DNA of 64,000 nucleotides from Nemertoderma westbladi. Lineage: Eukaryota; Animalia; Xenacoelomorpha. Made by a program: the position numbers and the translations under genes. Positions 50,934 through 64,000 of this stretch are shown here, piece after piece; the stretch's first letter is position 1, and every line of letters starts with the position of its first letter. Location: contig JAUCBJ010007358.1 in the NCBI GenBank assembly GCA_032718475.1, forward strand, positions 34,454 to 98,453, written 5' to 3'. Below the pieces are notes generated by a model. That model was not told where the DNA came from, ran no database searches, and worked only from the letters and a program-made list of their open reading frames with translations.

Positions 50934-52229
50934 TGATCCGGCATTCTGGAACTGTTTGCCACATCTATCGCATAAGACATGCACTGTCACCTTCAGACCT
51001 AGCTAATCTCATCCACTTTGAAGAAGGTTGCTACACAGGCTATGGGGGGTCTGCCAAAAGAGTCATGATTCCGCGTCAAAAGAATGACAGGCCAGTTGAG
51101 TTTCAGCTACATTGGGCCCAAGTTATGGAGTGAACTACTGTACCTTTATATATCCAAATATCTCAAAACCTGGTCTCTTTCAAACACAATCATAAAAAGC
51201 ATGTTCTAACCACCCTGACGGATAATGACATTTGAACACAATAACTCTATCTACCTCATCTTATCTTACTTAATCTATGCATATTTTTAAATATTTTCAC
51301 TTTGTCATTTTCTGATTTTTATCTGATAATTATAGATATTGTAACCAGCGTACTGATAATTCTAGCGCTTTCGTTTATTTTCAAGATTCTACAAATTAAA
51401 GTGGCCTGAGTAATAAATTACTGGTATTGCCAAAACCCAGCGCTACCATTCACTGCATTGCACATGCAGTCATGCATAGACAGCTAAATAAATGATTTAA
51501 TAGTGGTTTAAACATGAATAACGCTTTGTTTATTCAGTTTCCTAGCTAGGGTTACTCCATTCCCTCTTACTCCATGATTAATTGCGCAGATGATATATCG
51601 CGCTAATTTCAAAACGCCCATGCCCCACATCTCAGATATTTATCAACGAAATCCCGATGTTTCCACCGATTTGAAATCCTTCCAAATCGACCGAAACCAC
51701 TTATTGTGAACAACGCACATCTGAACTGAATGAGTTATAAATCTACATCACCCAGTATTGGCTTAAAGACATTATTATAAATGTACCGGTATATGAATAA
51801 TACCGGCATCCATACCCATACTGGCATGAATAATACCGGATTGCTTCGTATAGAATGCCACAATTCCACGTGAGTTGATGGGCGTCAGGTCGACGTATAG
51901 AACTGGCCTTCCTCGTGGGTAATTTCATTCCCATGGAGCAGTGACCACACGTAGGTGTTTCAGGAGCGAGACCGTATTTTATCCACCACTGAAATTCCGT
52001 TTAGATGAAGTATCTTTATATAGAAAAGACAGTTTTTCACGTGCTGCGAGAAGGGCATCGTCCTATTCAGCCATAAAATTTTATAGTAAAGTAGGAATTG
52101 ATATTCTATAATATCTACGTCGATGACCTCAGTATTATCTTTAATACAAGCGGGGTAGGCTGTATGATTGGATCCACTAGAATAAACCATTTACTGTATG
52201 CAGACGATATGTGTTTGTTGTCAAACTCA

Positions 52230-53010
52230 ATTGTCGGCTTACATAAATTGGTTAACAGCGGTTAGTTATGCTAACAATAACTCCATTATTTTTAATGTGA
52301 AGAAAACTAAATGTGTGTACTTCATTCCGAAATCATTCTCTCTAACGAGTTGCACTAAAATTACATTATATGGAGCATATATTCCTATAGTGGATTCTTT
52401 CAACTATCTCGGACATATTATTACGTCATCAACTGATGACGATTGTGACATCATTAATCAAATGCATTCATTGTATGCTAGAGCGAATACCCTTGTTAGG
52501 AAGTTTGGCAATGCCTCCGTCGCTGTTAAGACTTCCTTATTTCGTGCATTTTGTACTCCTATATATGGTAACAGTCTGTGGACCCGTTCAAATTATTCTC
52601 AATGTGTATACGATAAAATACAAGTTGTGTATAACAATTGCGCTCGTATTTTATTTAATATCTCTCGCCTTACTGGCAGTATCTCACTCTCATTCGGCAC
52701 ATTAAATCTGCCAATGCTGTGTCATATTCACAGCAGATCTGTACACAGCCGTTTTAAACGGGTCAGTGATTCTCAGAATGATTTGGTGCGAACCATTTAC
52801 TCTGCTTGCAGACCATTCTCACGGTTTTTCGTTTCGTGAAACCGTCACTTTTAAGACTTATTATTATTTTTTAGTATTATCATATTAATGTGTATATTTT
52901 GTGCTGTACGTAGGCCTACTGCATTCTGTAATGTGGTAGGTATTTGTTATGTTGTTCTGTAGCTATGTGCCTCCTGGTGCGGAATAAAGAGTAAATAAAC
53001 TATAATAATA
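52230..53010 (+). mobile_element. 5'-truncated LINE 3' end (RT C-terminus plus UTR)
   Basis: FNVKKTKCV...FNYLGHII...LFRAFCTPIYGNSLW, followed by AATAAA and a TAA-rich tail. Confidence 0.8.
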
Positions 53011-53169
53011 GTATATAGGACAGTAGGATGGAGGCCACCAAACAGGAATGAGCCCCTACAGACTGTTGAAGGAGTTCGAACTTCGAATGGGTGTACAGTC
53101 TGACATGACTGCATGACAAAATAAGACGTCAATCAGCCCCTCACTGCCTCTCACAAAGCATAAACTCAC

Positions 53170-53354
53170 TTGTGCTGAAGTCGCTTCACAATAGACTTGA
53201 GACAATCTTTACATGCGGTTGGGGAGTTGCCATCTTTCTTAACTTGATCATAAACATCGCATATTTTATCCCAATTATCATCGACGTTTGCGTCTGATGT
53301 TGCTTCTACAACAATAGAATCATACGGAGATTTTCCTCCAAAGAGAGACGTCAT
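53170..53354 (-). CDS. STAM: STAM exon 1 (VHS N-half)
   Basis: MTSLFGGKSPYDSIVVEATSDANVDDNWDKICDVYD...KDCLKSIVKRLQH AA|gtgagt. Confidence 0.93.
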
Positions 53355-53873
53355 AGTGCCATAAATACAGAAATATCCATGAAATCCAGGTACACTTTTT
53401 TTTACTTTTATCAGTTTATGTTACCGGTACCTACACCTAGCAGGCAGCAGGTAGGCCTACATCAGCCTACATTCAGTACGGTAAGCCTATCAACAGATCA
53501 AACTCCAAACTGTCAAACATCTGACCATAATACCTGTACAAACTTATATACCTTACAGCCATATGCCATATGAATTGGAGTTGAGCTGTTAATGCAACTG
53601 TCAGTCTGTAATTAAAAATGTAATATTATGGTTTTGTTCAGAAATCGAAAAAATGAGAAAGCGCGTCACCGGGAGTTGACAGGTTAAACTTTTGACCAAT
53701 TTTGACTTAGCAAGTTCCAAAATTGGATCAAGTCCAAAATCGCCTATATCACCGACCGCGACCGGCAATATCATTCTGAATACATAAATAAATGTTAACT
53801 AATTTAATTTAGATAATGGTGTCTGTGTGAGTACCGGTAGTGAGTGATCTGATTATAGGTTGTGTAGGCTATG

Positions 53874-53985
53874 CAGGGGAGTATCCAGGAATTTTGATTG
53901 GGGGAGGGTGGTTGGCATCCATTGGGGGCCACGGCCATGTGCCCCCCCCCCCCCCCCCCCCCCTCGGTTACTGGAAACGCCCATG
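53874..53985. mobile_element. Short MITE
   Basis: Imperfect TIR CAGGGGAGTATCCAG / CTGGAAACGCCCATG with an internal poly-C run. Confidence 0.55.
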
Positions 53986-55444
53986 TGCTGATGTGTGCTT
54001 GTGTGTAGGTTAGGTAGTCGTAGTGTAGGCTATAGTCAGATACTGAGATAGTGTTTCCAAGGCTACAGTACTACAGTGACAAGTGAGCAGTACCTGATGC
54101 CTAGTAAACGACCGGTTAACAGGGCCGGGTTGGGGTGACCCGGAACCGGACCTGGCAAAAAAGACGCCGGGCTGCCGGCAATGGCTGAATGTGGAATGGA
54201 GAAGCTGCGGATTATGTGTTAGAAGGGGTCCATAAAATGATGAAATCATTACATCCGTCGGGGGTTCCTAGGGTGTACGGATATGGATCGGTGGAGACAG
54301 TTATATCATGCATCATGGGCTAGTTGGTGCTGTTTTTGATTTAAGGAATACGTTATTTAAATATTCGCCCCAGACTGCCAGAATTCTTTACTAAATAATA
54401 CCGATAACTTCCATGGCGAAAAAGAATCCACGTCAGCGGAGCAACAAATGGGCGAATGTTTGATAAATTGGAAGAAAGGAAAATTTGGAAAGAGGAGAAG
54501 ACCACCCAGGCAATATAGCACTTACGGCTACGGGGGCCCGAAAATTGAAATTATCGGTCAAAGTGGCAAAAATCTTGAAAATCAATATCCATTAATCGAA
54601 CTGAAAAAATATTTGGGGTTGGCGAATCTACTAGAGATTGAGGTAATGAGTTGTGGTAATGAGAAGTGGTTCAGTACCTCCGTAGCTTGTACATCAATTG
54701 AGAACCACGGAAATAAACTGTCAACCAAGTTTGGAAAACTTGAATCAATTGGACGTTTGCGGTTTCAGTTGACAGTAGATAACTTTTTAAGAAATGAATA
54801 TATAAATAAAATAGAAATAAATAAGAAGAAATAAATAAATTGAAAGAAATAAATAAAAAAAAGTTATGATACAGCCATAGGACTATCCCAATCCCATATC
54901 CAGATATCCGCATGCATATACTGATATAGCTGTAGGCCTATAAGTATAGTGATATACTGATATAGATAGGCTGATGATGATAGGCCTACCAGCCTACTGC
55001 CACTGCGCTACCGGTAACTGGGTAATGGTTCTGGAACTGGCACTGGTCTGGCTGTCTGGCAGTCTGGTACCAATCAATCAATCAATCCGGGATGGCCCGG
55101 TCCATTGTTATTACCAATCAATAATATGAATAGCTTTAATATGTAGCACCCCAACACCAATAAACAGAAGATACAGTGTAATTGGAAAGAATACTGGTAG
55201 GTGTAGTTCGTACCACTGTAGTTCGTAGTCCAACCCTGAACCCAGCAACAATCTGAAACTGGACACTGGAAACAGTAACTCAACCTACCAACTGACCGGT
55301 CCGGCAGTGCGGTCTGCCGGTACCACTACTGCTGTACTGCACTACAGACAATGACAACTGCACTACTGCAATCTGCAGTCAGGCAGTGGCAATGAGAGAA
55401 TGATGTGGCTTTGTGACTCATTAGTCAGTTGGTTTGGTAGGCCT

Positions 55445-56500
55445 ATTACGTGGAGCGAGCCACGAAAGTAAGCGAGCTTAGCATACGGGTACCACTAACT
55501 CAATTGGTGTGTATGTCGTTCTGTTGTGTTCAATTTTAAACGTTAATAACTCAGCCAAATCTCGATAAAATCTATCCAAACTTGGTACACAAGTAGTCTG
55601 GCAAAAGTTTAGAAATTTCCCAAGTTGAATTTGTGTTTGGCCTTCGAGAAGCTAAGATAATATCAGTTAATTAATTAAATTGAAATTAATTAAGTTGGTT
55701 AGGGTAAAAACAGCATTTACAACATGACTTTTATTGGAAATTAATTATTTTATAGAATAAGATATAATTAATTATACTTAAAAATTACACAGCTGTAATC
55801 CCCATACCCCATTCAGCCATTCCATTATAGTTTTTAATTAGTTCAAGTGATTTGCTTTAAGAAATGTGTTTTTAATTCATCTAAACGTAATTAAGTTATC
55901 AAAATGCCCTAGTCACTCTATACTTCCCTCATTCATTGGCATGCTTGCTATTGCCTATAGTTTGGGAACCAGTCCAATCATCTCACCACTCTACTTGGCA
56001 ACGGGTAATTACATCTATAGGACATAGGCAGGCACTACTAGTGTAAGGTGCCATACCAATAAGCCAGCTTGCTTATTATTTATCTCGCAAAATGATTGCC
56101 TGAGTATTTCATCCTGATTCTTTAGAATAATTAGTTAAATAATTTCTTTGAGGTGTTGACATGATGAATTCATATTTTAGTATCAATGCTATCGGCATAA
56201 GGTAAGTTTTAATAATTTTTACAAATTGGGTCGCCTCTACGCCTAAAATTTAAAACTCAAATTTCCTGTTAATACAGGCCTTACATTAAACCTCTGTGCG
56301 CCTTTGGGTTGGGGTTGTGCAGTCCGGCAGTCGTGCAGATTAAGAGGGGGTTAAAGGGGGAACTTTTCTCTCTTCTTTGATTTATTCTTAAATTTCTTAC
56401 ATGCCGATTTTGGGATGGAATTGCTCAATTTTAATATGTATCTGATAACTGAGCCTCGTGCTGCGCGGAGGCCCCGCGAACGTGTAAGACTGTCCTGTCA
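55445..56500. mobile_element. Possible Helentron/DINE-like or Crypton-like non-autonomous element
   Basis: Short subterminal inverted motifs (GCCACGA/TCGTGC), an AATAACTC...AAACTTGGTACAC core, and a terminal hairpin CGCGGAGGCCCCGCG. Resemblance only. Confidence 0.3.
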
Positions 56501-56769
56501 TAACATCATATGATATCAAGAAATCAATGAAGAAAACCACGGCGACGGTACTTGTTATTATTATTATTATTGTAAACACGGGTAAGAAAGTACAGTAAAT
56601 ATTATGTCAATGATTAAAAATTATCTAAAAATATCTAAAAACAATGAAATAAAATGAAGTAAAAATATAAACCGTACACCCCTATAAGAAGAGTTAAAAT
56701 TAGTACATATTTAGTTCTAACACGTCAGTTAAAATCTGTTAAAAAGTTAAAAAATAAAATTTATCATTG

Positions 56770-57260
56770 TCATTCAAGTGTGATTGTTGAGTCGTGATTT
56801 GAATGAATTAACATTCGGGGCGGATACAACGTAATCCAGGAAGAGAATTCCAGGGAACGAAAAGGTTCATTGCGCATTTTTAGACAGGCTTCACAAGACT
56901 TAAACAGCTTGAGTGAATGACCAAGTCCTTGTGATGTCGACATCTGGAACAATGACTGCCATTCAACGGCATCAACCCCAGTCAAAATTCGATAGACTTG
57001 TAGGAGATCGGATCTTTGTCTACGGTATTCAAGTGTTGGTAATCCCAGATATTTTAGGCGCTCCGGGTATGGTTTATTTCTCAGTTTCTCAGACCAACCT
57101 AGCGTTGCTCGACGTTGAACCGACTCCAACAAGCGAATACACTCCACACAGGTGAGGCATACTCAAGAATTGGCCTTACGATAGATTTATATAGAATAAA
57201 CGTTTGTGCATCAAAATGATTAAAACTTCTGTACATTATGCCAAGAACCGTGTTATTGTG
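56770..57260 (-). mobile_element. CR1-type LINE 3' fragment
   Basis: LYKSIVRPILEYASPVWS / LESVQRRAT...ERLKYLGLPTLEYRRQRSDL...GHSLKL, frameshifted. Confidence 0.88.
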
Positions 57261-57515
57261 GCAATGTGGCAATGTAACCGTGGCAATGTGCAAAGAGTAA
57301 CTCAAGTCACTATGAACAATAACTCAGAGATCCTTTTCATGCGATGCCTCCTTGATGACAGATTTGCCCAACGTGTAAAGTGGATCTCGGGTTATTTGCA
57401 CCAATATGAATAGATTTACATTTATCTAAATTAAACAATAGATTCCACGTTGAACTCCATTTGCTTAATGTAGAACAAAGGGTAATGCATTTGTGACTGA
57501 ATCATGTCCACAAAG

Positions 57516-58167
57516 TTTACCACAACAGTAAGGCACCGAGATACCTAGCTGAAAAATTTACCACAACAGTAAGTCACCGAGATACCTAGCTGAAAAATTT
57601 ACCACAACAGTAAGTCACCGAGATACCTAGCTGAAAAATTTACCACAACAGTAAGTCACCGAGATACCTAGCTGATAAATTTACCACAACAGTAAGTCAC
57701 CGAGATACCTAGCTGAAAAATTTACCACAACAGTAAGGCACCGAGATACCTAGCTGAAAAATTTACCACAACAGTAAGTCACCGAGATACCTAGCTGATA
57801 AATTTACCACAACAGTAAGTCACCGAGATACCTAGCTGAAAAATTTACCACAACAGTAAGTCACCGAGATACCTAGCTGATAAATTTACCACAACAGTAA
57901 GTCACCGAGATACCTAGCTGAAAAATTTACCACAACAGTAAGGCACCGAGATACCTAGCTGAAAAATTTACCACAACAGTAAGGCACCGAGATACCTAGC
58001 TGAAAAATTTACCACAACAGTAAGGCACCGAGATACCTAGCTAAAAAATTTACCACAACAGTAAGGCACCGAGATACCTAGCTAAAAAATTTACCACAAC
58101 AGTAAGGCACCGAGATACCTAGCTGAAAAATTTACCACAACAATAAGGCACCGAGATACCTAGCTGA
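57516..58167. repeat. 41-bp minisatellite (~16 copies)
   Basis: TTTACCACAACAGTAAGGCACCGAGATACCTAGCTGAAAAA. Confidence 0.96.
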
Positions 58168-58505
58168 TGACAGTATGGAATGAGAAAACAGCAGTTAGCT
58201 AGTAGGAGCTGGCCGAAGAGCTACTAAAACGCAGAGGCATAAGGCTTCGACCCTGGAAGATAAAACAATAAAATTACAGTCATTTATACACATAAAATGG
58301 TTAGGGTGGTTGGAGTAAACTGTCTGTGAGATAATTTCCTTACACTTTTCCGGAAAATCCCTCTTTTATTAGTTTTTGTTTGTGAGTGTAAATTATCGAA
58401 AATAAAGGGGATATAATCACAGGGTTTGTTAATAAATGATTGTGCATCATGTTAATATACAGATACACAATACGATAATATTTTACATTTATACTCGATT
58501 GATAC

Positions 58506-59407
58506 CCGGTGAACCCACACTCCGGTGAACCCACACTACAGTGAACCCACACTCCGGTTAACCCACACTCAGGTGAACCCACACTCCGGTGAACCCACAC
58601 TCCGGTGAACCCGCACTCCGGTGAACCCACACTCCGGTGAACCCACACTCCAGTGAACCCACACTCCAGTGAACCCGCACTCCGGTGAACCCACACTCCG
58701 GTGAACCCGCACTCCGGTGAACCCACACTCCGGTTAACCCACACTCCGGTGAACCCGCACTCAGGTGAACCCACACTCCGGTTAACCCACACTCCGGTGA
58801 ACCCAGACTCCGGTGAACCCACACTCCGGTGAACCCACACTCCGGTGAACCCACACTCCGGTGAACCCAGACTCCGGTGAACCCACACTCCGGTGAACCC
58901 ACACTCCGGTGAACCCACACTCCGGTGAACCCACACTCCGGTGAACCCACACTCCGGTGAACCCACACTCCGGTGAACCCAGACTCCGGTGAACCCACAC
59001 TCCGGTGAACCCACACTCCGGTGAACCCACACTCCGGTGAACCCACACTCCGGTGAACCCGCACTCCGGTCAACCCACACTCCGGTTAACCCACACTCCG
59101 GGGAACCCACACTCCGGTGAACCCGCACTCAGGTGAACCCACACTCCGGTTAACCCACACTCCGGGGAACCCACACTCCGGTGAACCCACACTCCGGTGA
59201 ACCCACACTCCGGTGAACCCGCACTCCGGTGAACCCACACTCCGGTTAACCCACACTCCGGGGAACCCACACTCCGGTGAACCCGCACTCCGGTGAACCC
59301 ACACTCCGGTGAACCCACACTCCGGGGAACCCACACTCCGGTGAACGCCGCACTCCGGTGAACCCACACTCCGGTGAACCCACACTCCGGTGAACCCACA
59401 CTCCGGT
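58506..59407. repeat. 16-bp minisatellite (~56 copies)
   Basis: GAACCCACACTCCGGT. Confidence 0.96.
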
Positions 59408-60107
59408 GCTGCTAAACACCAAAATGGCAAAAAATCTCAAATACTCACAATAGATTCCCAAACAAATCAGAAAGATGGAATTAGGAGTAAGCCGGAATTA
59501 GTTATAAGTGAGTGTTGTTAAAAACTCATAACGTTCGATAACTTTTCGTACTGCTGGAAGGGCCGGCAGTAACGGTATTTCTGCCGTTAAAAATCGTCTA
59601 TTTCGCAATATTTAGCCACCTCCGTCGGCTTTATTTTTCGTCTTTGGAATGTAATCTAGATATCATTAGAACAAACAGATTCCGAATGTGAAAATAGTTT
59701 TTATTCCAAAATTGTAACATTACTCAACGCCGTTAGTATTAACAGCGAGTTGTTATTTAGCACTTTACAACTTTTGGAGGACATTACAGCATTGTATTGG
59801 CCTGTACATTTAGTATTGTATTTGGCAGTTTGGTGTTATTGTTTACGTGACTACGCATGACGACGTTAAAGTAGTGTCCACTAAAGGGGACAACGCCGTC
59901 ATGTGTTACCACGTAAACAATAGGTGGAAATTTGTCTGACAGCCAGATAGGCCTACTGCATTACCTACCGGTAGGCGGGGTATAGCTATTAATAACCACA
60001 GAACCAGTAGGGCCTAGTACAGTATTATATTATAACATGGCTCCAAACGCCGCGATAAATAAACTAACTTATTTATAACATAATTTATGTCATTTTTACA
60101 ATTATTT

Positions 60108-60225
60108 ATAGGGATGTCCCGGAATTCCGTTCCGGCCGGAATTCCGGCGGTTTTTGCCTGATTCCGGTTCCGGCCGGAATTGCCGGAATGGGGTCAATTC
60201 CGGCCGGAATTTTACCGGAATTGCA
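60108..60225 (+). mobile_element. hAT-like MITE end
   Basis: TAGGGATG start followed by clustered CCGGAATT palindromes; partner end not found. Confidence 0.45.
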
Positions 60226-61485
60226 TGTTGCTAACTAGTTTGATAGTTGCAATTATTAGTTTGTTAAATTATTATCACACATTATGTATACATTTACATT
60301 ATCACAAAAATTAAACTGTAACATGTAATTGACTCTCATTTATTGTTTTGGTTCGAATAACATGTTACTGTAAACTGATCCTTTCCTTTAACGGCACTAG
60401 GATATTGCTCCAAATGACGTCATGACGGAATCCTAGGTTGTGTGCAAACGAAGGTTTTTAGGTTTGAGTCTAAAAACTAAACTTTTGGCCAAGGTTTATA
60501 GGTTTTTGAAAAAAAAATGAAATAGTTTAAATTGTCTTTTTTTAACCATATTTGGCTCGGGGGGGGGGGGGGGGATGGGGGTCATTTGAGAATATTTTTT
60601 GGAATTCATTTGGTGTGAAAAACCAAGATTTCGTGACTTTTCCTAAAATTTAAATTAACATAGCTACGTTCATTTTTGTGCTGTGGTCCCTTTCTTGCAC
60701 CCATCTCCAGTATTTTGAGCTAAAATTTTCAAAAAGTTTTAATGGCTCGCCTAAATTATTTTATTTGTGGTATATAGCGGTTTTTTTTAGATGTTGATCA
60801 CGATTGTTGAACTCAAATATAACATGCGAGAAAATTTTTGGTAATTTTGAATGTGCCCCCGGGGCACGAAATAAACAAGTATTGCAAATATGATAATGGA
60901 AATCACCACCAAATCAAATTGATTTTATGACATTAGGGGTTTTCCGGGATGCTGATCATGAATGGGACACTCATATCATATAATATCCGATTCATTGGGG
61001 CATTTTTGGACATGTGCCAAAGTGAAGTGGCACGAAAAATACAATTACCATATTTTGATGATGATAAATCAATAACAAATTAACCTGATTTGATGGCATT
61101 ATTGGCTTTCTGCTTAGCTGAATTCGTATATGACACTAAACAAGTTTTTTTCTGATTGATTGTGGTACTTTTTAATATGTGCCAAATTTGTACGAAAAAT
61201 ATAAGTAGTGCAAATTGATAAAAATTATATGTTTACTCTTCCATAAAATATTTTTACAAGTTCTATCGTGATCAGCGACCTCAAAAACCTCTATAGCTTC
61301 AGAATTATCCATCACAGTTGATATAAGTGGGCAATGGGTCTTTGGGCCACTTGACAACTATCAAGGTTCAAAACGATAATAATAAATAAAAATACAAAAA
61401 TGTTTTAAAAATGATACCCATATCGACCACTGTTATTAATATTAAACTATTACAATACTGTTTCAAGTGCTCATTGATGTTAATT

Positions 61486-61650
61486 GTGTGGTTGAGAACT
61501 GAATCGATTTTTAGTAATTTCAGTTTCAGTTTCAGTTACAGTATTAAAAATTCGCAATTACAGTTATAGTTACAGTATCAAAAAAAACATCAAAATCATT
61601 CAGTTACAGTTGCAGTTACAGTATAATTACAGTTACAGTTCTCAACACTA
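61486..61650. mobile_element. Short MITE
   Basis: GTTGAGAACTG...CAGTTCTCAAC TIR with internal (CAGTTA/CAGTTT)n; related to 46943-47132. Confidence 0.6.
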
Positions 61651-61852
61651 CTGCTTGCACACTAACTGTAATTAATCTCGTCCACATATTCAAACTGTCA
61701 GGACCTGTAATTAATGATTTGATCCAGCTAAAAATTAGTAGTACTGAACATGACTAGCTAGTGCCAGATGAACTGTTATTTCAAGGCCAGCTGTTTGATC
61801 TTCCAATCTGCCAATACCACATCTGATTACCTCAACACACCAATGAGCACAC

Positions 61853-62262
61853 CTATGGCCGCCTTAAATGCGGCATCATCGTCATTATCGGTGGCCCTGG
61901 CAACAGGAACCGCGGACTTGGGAGGCGCGGATGGGGTGTCGAACTCCATACCTTCGCGACGCAACTCGTTGTAGAATGACGGCATCAGGTCGAATTGGGG
62001 GTCGCCGGTGGTGGAGAATGTCTTGGCCCAGTCGCTGATGTAGGCCAGTAGTCGGTCCTTTATAGCGCGGTCTGAGGAACGCAAGACCCCGCGACAGGTG
62101 CTGATAAAGTCCCGCGAACAGATCTCCAAGTAGAAAGGCTTCTCTAGATTCTTTGTACAGGAGTCCAGGAGGGTGATCGCTTGGATTTGAACTTTTGGAT
62201 TTCTAAAAATATTATTATATAAAATATTGGAGTGAATGTAAACTAAGTTATGTAGAAGCTAC
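61853..62262 (-). pseudogene. STAM: Partial duplicate of STAM exon 2 plus 60 nt of upstream intron
   Basis: 410-bp colinear match to 48632-49041 with four substitutions seen by eye. Confidence 0.93.
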
Positions 62263-64000
62263 TGTAAAAGCCTTTGCTGAATTGCCCCGTTATTTTTATT
62301 ATCTTTTGCATTGAAATACTCTGTAGTTGATTTAATAAGTGTAAGAGACCGTATTATTGCTGTATCGGTGTTTTTAGAGGATCTAAGACCTATTTCCTCC
62401 GTATGTGTACTGTGAAAGGCATATTTTATGATTCTATGGCAATTCGTGACGCAAAGGGGTGATAGCTACTCTTGAACAGTAGTTACTATGACTACGGTTA
62501 ACAGCTGACATTCATACGTGTTGATTTCCTTTGTTCTACGGCGTCTCTCAGTTCAGTCAGCCAATTAGAGCGTTTTTGTGGCTCCTTGTACAGAAAATTT
62601 CCGAGAAATGACGCAATGCCTATGTGCAGTGTTTACATTCAGTCCTGAGCCAAAGAAAGAACGGCTTGGAAGTATTTTGTGCTTTACTGTTTTAGCCGTA
62701 CACTAGTAGGCTTAATCATAAGGACATATATCCGTTATCTAACTTGACTAACCTAACTCAATGCAATCAATGCATACTGCAGTACTGCATACACTGCATA
62801 CTGTGTAACACTGTGCATACTTTATATTGTTATACTGCTATTTGCTGTCTGTACTTCATAATTTGGTTGATGAATTATTATATTTGGAATAACGATAAAT
62901 AACCCCGAAAACCCAATATTCTTGATATACTGAAGGTAAGAGAGAAAGGTTATACATAACGATTGTGACTTATGTTAAAGTGGTTTGAAGTGAATCTAAT
63001 GTTATTTGATAGCCCCTACATGAGTCAGTCCGTGTTCCTTTTATATGTAACTAAAATCAGTGAAGATCGGCAGATCAGTGTGCAGTATTGTGCAGCATTG
63101 TGTGCGAGTGATACTGATAACGAAGCATTTCCTAAAGAATGCGCCATATATGTGAATTATAATTAAGCCATATCGTTGTGAGTAGTTTAAGTCATAACTC
63201 TGTTTATATAAATAAAGCGCCACGTCCTAAAGGAACTGTTAATATTCCCGAAGGTGAATAATATTGTCAGAGATTATATAATACTGTCAGTCGAATAATA
63301 CATTAAGCTTACATAGCAATAAAATTAAGCCGTCGAACCCAATCTCCCGGGAATTATCCAGCGGGTGAATGATCGCGCACAGATTGGTTTCGACTAGTGT
63401 AGTGAATCAAATATTTGTCATCGGCTAAAGTGATTTATTATCTAACAGACATCCTAATTTGGCGGGTTAAACTGCCAAAGGTCTGAAAGCGCGAACAATA
63501 ACGGATATCGCTTCTTTATTGCAGTAGGCAATAAAGCTGAAGTACCGGCAACCGGTACCCAGTAGGCCTGACTACCTAACCACACGGACCGGTACCTACA
63601 GCAGTACAGGTACAGCAGTATTATTCGATTTTGATAATTATATACCGGTAGGCCTTAATAATTAATCAGGGAGGGCCCGCCCTGGTTTTTTATTGAGATT
63701 TTACTTATTTCTGTCAAGTTTTATTTGTTTGTAGGCCAGTATTGAACAGAAGGCGTGTAAACCTGATCAGATTGTACAGACGATTTTGTAGGCTGATCTG
63801 TTGTCTGATTGCTGTTAAGTCCGAAGGAGTTGCAGTGTGTGTAGATCACCTGTCCGATTAAGTACGATTAGGCAGTAGGGGCAGCTACGCTGTAAGGTAA
63901 ACCCCCAACTAAAGAATAAGTCGCACTACTGGGTTAGAGCGCATACTCCCTAATCATTTCGGAGTCTGCATGTCCTGTAGTTTATTTAGGCTTGATAGTA

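Noticed and set aside
51880-51960. HDV-like ribozyme around CCTTCCTCGTGG
   Set aside because: I could not find P1, P1.1 or P2 pairings.
54448-54834. 128-aa ORF divergent from STAM
   Set aside because: It has no recognisable motif or splice support, and a homology search would be needed.

Overview
Repeat-rich metazoan (probably invertebrate) nuclear DNA. Two spliced host genes lie on the minus strand: the first four coding exons of an RNF19-type RBR E3 ligase (27854->11551; the rest lies left of the window) and a complete 4-exon STAM gene (53354->37454, about 625 aa, VHS-UIM-SH3-GAT/coiled coil-Pro/Gln tail). Between them is an intronless clan-2 cytochrome P450 whose first codons are split off by a TTAA piggyBac-like insertion. 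Introns contain a decayed BEL/Pao LTR element, an RTE-type LINE with a 9-bp TSD, other LINE fragments, MITEs and many minisatellites. The main oddity is that the arrays are built from, or sit against, splice signals. RNF19 exon 4 has roughly 170 tandem copies of its own 3' splice site on one side and about 29 copies of its own 5' splice site on the other. A near-identical partial copy of STAM exon 2 lies 13.2 kb upstream. Exon boundaries were read by hand and checked for phase. Repeat edges and copy numbers are approximate, and no database search was run.
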